From a virus (lineage: Duplodnaviria > Heunggongvirae > Uroviricota > Caudoviricetes): a stretch of DNA of 28,139 nucleotides. The stretch is taken from the IMG/VR virus record IMGVR_UViG_2744054909_000001; one strand, given 5' to 3'. Positions 22,309 through 28,139 of the stretch are shown one piece after another; the stretch's first letter is position 1, and each line of letters starts with the position of its first letter. The position numbers and the translations under genes were made by a program. The notes beneath the pieces were generated by a model that was given only the letters and a program-made list of their open reading frames with translations, made no database searches and was not told where the DNA came from.

Positions 22309-23274
22309 TTATCCTCTGAAACCAGGCGGAATTTCTGTATCCGGTTCAGAAATATGATTAACACAACGCTGTACAGGTGAACGTCCCAGGCGGATGACCA
22401 GTTCGTCCCATTTTTCGCGGAGCTTTGACGGGCTCATGATGTTTTTTACCCAGAATGGATCTCGCTGAACCCGACCAAACATTTCGCAAATTTGTCTGTG
22501 GCTTCTGCCATCCAGCATCCGCATTGTGCGCACGTCATTGGCCCAGGCAGTCCAGTTAGGCTCTTTTGGTCGCATGATCTCGCCATCATCACTGGCTGCC
22601 TGTTCGTAGAGACCCACGATCCGCCCCCAGATCCACTGCGCACACGCCAAATCCTCCCTGCTACCCCACTGGCGTTTTTTCGCACTAAACACAACCGCGT
22701 CGGAGTTCCGGGTTAAAAAATCCTGTTCAGTCGTCTGCGGGTCCGGTTGCGAAGCTTCCGGACGAAAAGTGTTTTTATTCTCTGTAGTAATCTCTGTTGT
22801 ATTCTCTGTAAGATCATCAGGCCATTTTGACCCGATGACATTGGGTCGTTTTGAACCAATGGAGCGTTTCATTTTGACCTCTTCCATCGTGTCATTTTGA
22901 CCTGATGGAGCGGCGCATTTTGAACCGATGGATTCGCTCAATTTGCCACCATCTAAAAGCTCGCTCCCATAGTTGATCGTGTAGAAATTGGTCATATCGC
23001 GCTTTGATTTATTGAGCTTTTCACAACGCAAAAGCCCCAGCGTTTTCAGACTTGCAAACGCGCGCTTTAACGTTGACTCTGACCAGAATGGGAACTGTTC
23101 CAGCCATTGTTCCGTTGTGTTATAAATCCAGCGAACACCATCACATTCCATGCCGGAGTTGGTATCTCTCAACCAGTAGTGCAGTTGTTGCAAAACAATG
23201 GCTTCGTTTAAGCCAATTTTCATTGCCAGCTGCGTGTTTATAACCAGTGGGCGTTCAGCAAAAAGAAGGCTCAT
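22309..23274 (-). CDS. Phage replication-initiation protein (O-like / YdaU-like), about 321 aa
   Basis: N-terminal MSLLFAERPLVINTQLAMKIGLNEAIVLQQLHYWLRDTNSGMECDGVRWIYNTTEQWLEQFPFWSESTLKRAFASLKTLGLL is a winged-helix replication-initiator N-domain of the lambda O type; sits in the cro-O-P position. ORF track start (23328) is a TTG; ATG at 23274 used. Confidence 0.65.
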   Translation of the reverse strand: MSLLFAERPLVINTQLAMKIGLNEAIVLQQLHYWLRDTNSGMECDGVRWIYNTTEQWLEQFPFWSESTLKRAFASLKTLGLLRCEKLNKSKRDMTNFYTINYGSELLDGGKLSESIGSKCAAPSGQNDTMEEVKMKRSIGSKRPNVIGSKWPDDLTENTTEITTENKNTFRPEASQPDPQTTEQDFLTRNSDAVVFSAKKRQWGSREDLACAQWIWGRIVGLYEQAASDDGEIMRPKEPNWTAWANDVRTMRMLDGRSHRQICEMFGRVQRDPFWVKNIMSPSKLREKWDELVIRLGRSPVQRCVNHISEPDTEIPPGFRG

Positions 23275-23776
23275 AATTCCATCCAGCTTTTTGTTGGTAT
23301 TGCTGTCGATACGCAAGTTTGAAAGCAATTGCTTTTTCTATAAGTTCGTCAGTTTCACGATCCACTACGGCAGGATCAGCAAAAAGCAGTCCGGACTCCA
23401 CCACATCGCCATATTCTTTGTTTAACCCGGCGATCATGCACGTGATGCTTTTTCCGTCAGTAATTTCACGATACAACCTGAAATCATTAATCCGGATAGC
23501 CTCCATAATTGCAGGCACTAGCGCCGTGAACTTTTCACGCTTATCCCTGGTGTCGATAGCCTTCCAGCGTTCAAATATCTTCACTCGATTAACGCCAAGC
23601 GCTCGCTGATCAATCGCGCCACCTTCATATGTGACACGCTGAACATCGATGTTCGGGCGCTCTTTCAAAGCCCAGAATGCTTCAGTGATTAATATCGTCG
23701 CCTGCTCCTGTGTCATTCCTGGTCGACATATCCAGGCATCCAGAGCCTCACGAGCCTGTTCAGGAGTGATTTTCAT
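23255..23776 (-). CDS. YdaT-like protein (173 aa)
   Basis: Lies immediately downstream of the cro-like dicC, as ydaT follows ydaS in Rac; shares the ..ALVPAIMEAI.. pattern with YdaT as I recall it. Confidence 0.5.
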   Translation of the reverse strand: MKITPEQAREALDAWICRPGMTQEQATILITEAFWALKERPNIDVQRVTYEGGAIDQRALGVNRVKIFERWKAIDTRDKREKFTALVPAIMEAIRINDFRLYREITDGKSITCMIAGLNKEYGDVVESGLLFADPAVVDRETDELIEKAIAFKLAYRQQYQQKAGWNYEPSFC

Positions 23777-23990
23777 TGTTCAACCGCCCCGCCCGCTTCG
23801 TCTTACGATATTCATCATAAACTTTGGGATCATACTGAAGCTCCCCGCCAGATGCCTCCTGTAGACGCATCGCGCGACCTTCGGGAACTAAATCCCCTTT
23901 CCAGCTATAAAGCGAAGCCAAACGAATACCTGCTGCTTGTGCAAGTTTTGTTTTTGAACCGAAATACAAAAGAGCGTCAGTTTTAAGCAT
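23760..23990 (-). CDS. dicC: DicC, Cro-like repressor of division inhibition (76 aa)
   Basis: MLKTDALLYFGSKTKLAQAAGIRLASLYSWKGDLVPEGRAMRLQEASGGELQYDPKVYDEYRKTKRAGRLNNENHS. Confidence 0.9.
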   Translation of the reverse strand: MLKTDALLYFGSKTKLAQAAGIRLASLYSWKGDLVPEGRAMRLQEASGGELQYDPKVYDEYRKTKRAGRLNNENHS

Positions 23991-24004
23991 TTAAAACACC
24001 TTTA

Positions 24005-24024
24005 TTGTTAGTCATAACTAACAA
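24005..24024. promoter_or_regulatory. Operator palindrome in the dicC-dicA divergent control region
   Basis: TTGTTAGTcataACTAACAA is a perfect 8-bp inverted repeat; a second partial palindrome TAGCattaGCTA lies at about 24058-24069. Confidence 0.55.
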
Positions 24025-24073
24025 GATAGATGTTAACAAAAACATAGTCAATACGATTTAGCATTAGCTAACT

Positions 24074-24481
24074 ATGGAAACAAAAAATTTAACTATCGGC
24101 GAACGCATCAGGTATCGTCGGAAAAACCTCAAACACACCCAAAGGTCTCTTGCTAAAGCCCTGAAAATCTCCCATGTGTCTGTATCACAATGGGAACGGG
24201 GTGATAGTGAACCTACAGGGAAGAACCTTTTTGCCCTCAGCAAAGTATTGCAATGCTCACCAACATGGATTCTATTTGGCGATGAAGACAAGCAACCAAC
24301 ACCACCTGTTGAGAAGCCAGTTGCCTTATCCCCCAAAGAACTAGAGCTCCTTGAGCTGTTTAATGCACTGCCAGAATCAGAACAGGATACCCAGCTCGCC
24401 GAAATGCGAGCTCGAGTAAAAAACTTCAATAAACTCTTTGAAGAATTACTAAAAGCCCGTCAGCGGACAAATAAAAGATAA
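24074..24481 (+). CDS. dicA: DicA, cI-like HTH repressor (135 aa)
   Basis: METKNLTIGERIRYRRKNLKHTQRSLAKALKISHVSVSQWERGDSEPTGKNLFALSKVLQCSPTWILFGDED.. is a Xre/cI-type HTH. Confidence 0.95.
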   Translation: METKNLTIGERIRYRRKNLKHTQRSLAKALKISHVSVSQWERGDSEPTGKNLFALSKVLQCSPTWILFGDEDKQPTPPVEKPVALSPKELELLELFNALPESEQDTQLAEMRARVKNFNKLFEELLKARQRTNKR

Positions 24482-24647
24482 CATCATCAATGAGTTATCT
24501 TTTACCACATCAATTATGTTAGCTATAGCATACAAAATCACTTGACCGATATGTTAGTCATGGCTAATCTTGTTTGCATCAACACACCGCACGGTGTTCT
24601 CAGCAAACAGTTCCGCTACCCCAGCGTTAAGGGGAAATGAGGTCAGC

Positions 24648-24803
24648 ATGGATACTATCGATCTTGGCAACAACGAATCTCTGGTGTACGGCGTGTTTCC
24701 AAACCAGGACGGCACGTTCACCGCAATGACGTATACCAAAAGCAAAACGTTTAAAACCGAAAATGGTGCCCGTCGCTGGCTGGAAAGAAACTCAGGTGAG
24801 TGA
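24648..24803 (+). CDS. ydfA: YdfA-like small protein (51 aa)
   Basis: MDTIDLGNNESLVYGVFPNQDGTFTAMTYTKSKTFKTENGARRWLERNSGE; ribosome-binding site AAGGGGAAATGAGG upstream. Confidence 0.85.
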   Translation: MDTIDLGNNESLVYGVFPNQDGTFTAMTYTKSKTFKTENGARRWLERNSGE

Positions 24804-24804
24804 T

Positions 24805-24933
24805 ATGGATTTCGACACAATCATGGAAAAGGCTTACGAAGAATACTTCGAAGGCCTTGCCGAAGGCGAAGAAGCTCTCAGCTTCAGTGAGTTTAAACAG
24901 GCGCTTTCCAGTTCGGCAAAATCTAACGGCTGA
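24805..24933 (+). CDS. ydfB: YdfB-like small protein (42 aa)
   Basis: Hand translation: MDFDTIMEKAYEEYFEGLAEGEEALSFSEFKQALSSSAKSNG; starts 2 nt after the ydfA stop. Confidence 0.8.
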   Translation: MDFDTIMEKAYEEYFEGLAEGEEALSFSEFKQALSSSAKSNG

Positions 24934-24962
24934 TAAGCGAAACAGCACCGCGAGGAATCAGT

Positions 24963-25181
24963 ATGCAGAAACGAGAACCCGTCATCATCGCGCCAGACTA
25001 TACCGATGATGAACTTTATGAGTGGATGCGCCAGAAAATTAATGCAGCGCAGGATCTGAAATGGGCTAATGAAGCCAGGGCTAAGCAGGCTGAAAATCTG
25101 TCCGCTCTGGAGCAGGATATCACCAATCTGGAAAAAGCAGCGGCATTAAGCATTGCCAGAATGATTACATACCCGCGTTAG
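24963..25181 (+). CDS. ydfC: YdfC-like protein (72 aa)
   Basis: MQKREPVIIAPDYTDDELYEWMRQKINAAQDLKWANEARAKQAENLSALEQDITNLEKAAALSIARMITYPR. Confidence 0.85.
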   Translation: MQKREPVIIAPDYTDDELYEWMRQKINAAQDLKWANEARAKQAENLSALEQDITNLEKAAALSIARMITYPR

Positions 25182-25521
25182 TAGCTAATCAACAAAGCTA
25201 AGGTTAGTAATTAAGGAGTTCTCCACGGGTGAGGTGGAGTGCGTGCGCCGGACACGGGTGCGCATCCGGAACTGACAGTTTACTGAAAGGATATTTCCCT
25301 GAAAAGTCAGACCATAACGCGAAAGCGCACGGCGAGGTAGCTGGTTCATAGATAGCCTGTCGTTAAATTTTCGTCGACCGTGCGCTTCCGGTTGTGGCAA
25401 CCCGCGAAATGGCGCGGCGGTAAGTATGGCGGGGTTATTCCTTCCCCGTTGAGGACACCGGGTTGTCAGGTTGACCATACGCTTAAGTGACAACCCCGCT
25501 GCAACGCCCTCTGTTATCAAT

Positions 25522-25574
25522 TTTCTGGTGACGTTTGGCGGTATCAGTTTTACTCCGTGACTGCTCTGCCGCCC
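25522..25574 (+). ncRNA. dicF: DicF small regulatory RNA (53 nt; Hfq-dependent sRNA that represses ftsZ translation)
   Basis: TTTCTGGTGACGTTTGGCGGTATCAGTTTTACTCCGTGACTGCTCTGCCGCCC followed by TTTTT matches the DicF sequence as I recall it, with its terminator hairpin; it is processed from the ydfABC-dicF-dicB transcript. Confidence 0.85.
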
Positions 25575-25748
25575 TTTTTAAAGTGAATTTTGTGATGTGG
25601 TGAATGCGGCTGAGCGCACGCGGAACAGTTAAAACCAAAAACAGTGTTATGGGTGGATTCTCTGTATCCGGCGTTAATTGTTAACTGGTTAACGTCACCT
25701 GGAGGCACCAGGCACTGCATCACAAAATTCATTGTTGAGGACGCGATA

Positions 25749-25937
25749 ATGAAAACGTTATTACCAAACGTTAATACGTCTGAAGGTTGTTTTGAAATTG
25801 GTGTCACTATCAGTAACCCAGTATTTACTGAAGATGCCATTAACAAGAGAAAACAAGAACGGGAGCTATTAAATAAAATATGCATTGTTTCAATGCTGGC
25901 TCGTTTACGTCTGATGCCAAAAGGATGTGCACAATGA
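25749..25937 (+). CDS. dicB: DicB cell-division inhibitor (62 aa; acts with MinC)
   Basis: MKTLLPNVNTSEGCFEIGVTISNPVFTEDAINKRKQERELLNKICIVSMLARLRLMPKGCAQ. Confidence 0.9.
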   Translation: MKTLLPNVNTSEGCFEIGVTISNPVFTEDAINKRKQERELLNKICIVSMLARLRLMPKGCAQ

Positions 25938-26125
25938 ATTCAGCATTTGTGCTTGTTCTGACAGTTTTTCTTGTTTCCGGAGAGCCAGTTGATATTGCAG
26001 TCAGTGTTCACAGGACAATGCAGGAGTGTATGACTGCAGCAACCGAACAGAAAATTCCCGGTAACTGTTACCCGGTCGATAAAGTTATTCACCAGGATAA
26101 TATCGAAATCCCGGCAGGTCTTTAA
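25934..26125 (+). CDS. ydfD: YdfD-like lysis protein (63 aa, N-terminal transmembrane helix)
   Basis: MNSAFVLVLTVFLVSGEPVDIAVSVHRTMQECMTAATEQKIPGNCYPVDKVIHQDNIEIPAGL; ATGA overlap with dicB. Confidence 0.85.
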   Translation: MNSAFVLVLTVFLVSGEPVDIAVSVHRTMQECMTAATEQKIPGNCYPVDKVIHQDNIEIPAGL

Positions 26126-26217
26126 AACAGTTCCGTAATAAATATCCGGTTTCATTCTTATATGCCAGCAATGGCAGGGATTTGTTCATCCTTAAATCTG
26201 TCATGAGGTTAAAACAA

Positions 26218-28029
26218 ATGAGTAAAGTCTTTATTTGCGCCGCTATTCCTGACGAACTGGCAACAAGGGAAGAAGGCGCTGTGGCTGTAGCCACAGCCAT
26301 TGAAGCTGGCGACGAACGCCGTGCTCGAGCAAAATTTCACTGGCAATTCCTGGAACATTATCCGGCTGCTCAGGACTGCGCTTATAAATTTATTGTCTGC
26401 GAGGATAAACCTGGCATACCCCGCCCTGCCCTCGATTCATGGGATGCTGAATATATGCAGGAAAACCGCTGGGATGAGGAGTCTGCTTCTTTTGTCCCGG
26501 TTGAGACTGAATCCGATCCGATGAACGTCACTTTTGACAAGCTGGCCCCTGAAGTACAGAACGCTGTCATGGTTAAGTTCGACACATGTGAAAACATCAC
26601 CGTTGATATGGTTATTAGCGCACAGGAATTGTTGCAGGAAGACATGGCAACATTCGACGGACATATCGTTGAAGCGTTGATGAAAATGCCAGAAGTTAAC
26701 GCCATGTATCCGGAGCTTAAGTTGCACGCCATTGGGTGGGTTAAGCATAAATGTATTCCTGGTGCTAAATGGCCCGAAATTCAGGCAGAGATGCGCATCT
26801 GGAAAAAACGTCGCGAAGGTGAACGCAAGGAAACCGGAAAATACACGTCTGTTGTTGATCTCGCCCGCGCCAGAGCCAATCAACAGTACACTGAAAATTC
26901 AACAGGAAAAATCAGCCCGGTCATTGCTGCCATTCATCGCGAATACAAGCAGACATGGAAAACACTGGATGACGAACTGGCCTACGCTCTCTGGCCTAGT
27001 GATGTGGATGCCGGAAACATTGACGGCAGCATCCATCGCTGGGCAAAAAAAGAAGTTATCGACAACGACCGCGAAGACTGGAAGCGTATCTCGGCATCAA
27101 TGCGCAAACAGCCTGATGCCCTTCGCTACGACCGCCAAACTATTTTTGGCCTTGTCCGTGAGCGTCCGATCGACATTCACAAAGATCCCGTAGCACTGAA
27201 CAAATATATCTGCGAATACCTGACGACAAAGGGCGTGTTTGAGAATGAAGAAACAGACCTGGGCACTGTTGATGTTCTCCAGTCATCAGAAACACAAACT
27301 GATGCAGTGGAAACTGAGGTATCTGATATCCCAAAAAATGAAACCGCGCCGGAAGCTGAACCATCTGTAGAGCGTGAGGGGCCGTTCTATTTCCTCTTCG
27401 CAGATAAGGACGGAGAAAAATACGGTCGCGCAAACAAACTCTCTGGTCTGGATAAGGCACTGGCTGCTGGCGCCACTGAAATCACAAAAGAAGAATATTT
27501 TGCCCGAAAAAATGGCACATACACGGGCTTACCGCAAAATGTAGATACCGCTGAAGATTCAGAACAACCAGAGCCGATAAAAGTTACCGCTGACGAAGTA
27601 AACAAAATTATGCAGGCAGCCAATATCAGCCAGCCTGACGCCGATAAGTTGCTTGCTGCATCACGTGGTGAATTTGTTGAAGGGATTAGTGACCCGAATG
27701 ATCCGAAATGGGTTAAGGGGCTCCAGACCCGCGATTCTGTGAACCAGAACCAGCATGAATCGGAACGGAACTACCAAAAAGCGGAACAAAACAGTCCAAA
27801 TGCGTTACAAAACGAGCCAGAAACGAAACAGCCTGAACCAGTAGCGCAACAGGAAGTGGAAAAAGTCTGCACCGCCTGCGGTCAGACCGGCGGCGGCAAC
27901 TGCCCTGATTGTGGCGCGGTGATGGGCGACGCAACATACCAAGAAACATTCGATGAAGAGTATCAGGTTGAAGTTCAGGAAGATGATCCGGAGGAAATGG
28001 AAGGCGCTGAACTGATCCTACCCACGTAA
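26218..28029 (+). CDS. ydfE: YdfE-like large acidic protein with C-terminal zinc ribbon, 3' end disrupted by IS3 (603 aa as read)
   Basis: ORF 26182-28029; start assigned to the Met preceded by GAGG. Highly acidic, with CTACGQTGGGNCPDCGAVMGD near the C-terminus. The last 17 nt and the stop codon lie inside the IS3 terminal repeat, so the native C-terminus is missing. Confidence 0.7.
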   Translation: MSKVFICAAIPDELATREEGAVAVATAIEAGDERRARAKFHWQFLEHYPAAQDCAYKFIVCEDKPGIPRPALDSWDAEYMQENRWDEESASFVPVETESDPMNVTFDKLAPEVQNAVMVKFDTCENITVDMVISAQELLQEDMATFDGHIVEALMKMPEVNAMYPELKLHAIGWVKHKCIPGAKWPEIQAEMRIWKKRREGERKETGKYTSVVDLARARANQQYTENSTGKISPVIAAIHREYKQTWKTLDDELAYALWPSDVDAGNIDGSIHRWAKKEVIDNDREDWKRISASMRKQPDALRYDRQTIFGLVRERPIDIHKDPVALNKYICEYLTTKGVFENEETDLGTVDVLQSSETQTDAVETEVSDIPKNETAPEAEPSVEREGPFYFLFADKDGEKYGRANKLSGLDKALAAGATEITKEEYFARKNGTYTGLPQNVDTAEDSEQPEPIKVTADEVNKIMQAANISQPDADKLLAASRGEFVEGISDPNDPKWVKGLQTRDSVNQNQHESERNYQKAEQNSPNALQNEPETKQPEPVAQQEVEKVCTACGQTGGGNCPDCGAVMGDATYQETFDEEYQVEVQEDDPEEMEGAELILPT

Positions 28030-28139
28030 TATGGACACAGGCCTAAGCGAGGTTCTTGTTTTCAAATTGTTCCGGACTGAGGCCGCCACACCAACTGTGC
28101 CGCCGCCACCGATTGTAATCACATTCGATATAATTAAAT
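28013..28139 (-). mobile_element. IS3 insertion sequence, right-end inverted repeat and 3' part (continues beyond window)
   Basis: TGATCCTACCCACGTAATATGGACACAGGCCTAAGCGAGG.. matches the IS3 terminal inverted repeat as I recall it. Confidence 0.8.
28043..28139 (-). CDS. insF: IS3 transposase OrfB (InsF) C-terminal fragment, partial
   Basis: Minus-strand hand translation ..[31 protein letters not shown] then stop (28043-28045) equals the IS3 InsF C-terminus. Confidence 0.8.

Noticed and set aside
25185-25520. 111-aa minus-strand ORF between ydfC and dicF
   Set aside because: The interval is the structured leader from which DicF is processed; the ORF is antisense to the operon and has no ribosome-binding site, so it is most likely non-coding.
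26382-26883. Minus-strand ORFs (116 and 148 aa) inside the ydfE-like gene
   Set aside because: Antisense to a long, well-supported ORF and without translation signals.

Overview
This window is an IS-bounded, defective lambdoid prophage segment of the E. coli/Shigella Qin type; almost all genes are recognisable, and no CRISPR array, rRNA or tRNA was seen. All identifications are by reading the six-frame translations and DNA against remembered lambda and E. coli K-12 sequences; nothing was searched. Left to right: (1) bases 1-127 are the right end of an IS3-family (IS911-like) element that cuts lambda gene FII after codon 45. (2) A lambda-type packaging and head module lies on the minus strand (FI, E, D, C/Nu3, B, W, terminase A and Nu1) with a canonical cos site (cosN 7858-7869); no tail or integrase genes are in the window. 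(3) A Qin-like late region follows: ynfO, ydfO, gnsB, ynfN, cspI, the lysis cassette rzpQ/rzoQ-rrrQ-ydfR-essQ, cspB, cspF, quuQ, ydfU, rem, hokD, relBE, ydfV and flxA. (4) A roughly 1.9-kb insertion encodes a 437-aa DDE transposase, flanked by inverted arrays of a short motif. (5) A segment I do not recall in K-12 Qin: a small membrane protein, decayed ORFs, a 118-aa methyltransferase-like protein with an unusual DPPH motif, a 140-aa protein, an O-like replication protein and a YdaT-like protein. (6) The immunity and host-control region: dicC/dicA with operator palindromes, ydfABC, the DicF sRNA, dicB and ydfD. (7) A 603-aa acidic, zinc-ribbon protein (ydfE-like) whose 3' end runs into an IS3 copy that reaches the window end. 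The most interesting candidates are that ydfE-like protein, the 140-aa/methyltransferase-like pair with the replication genes, and the transposase element with its repeat arrays.
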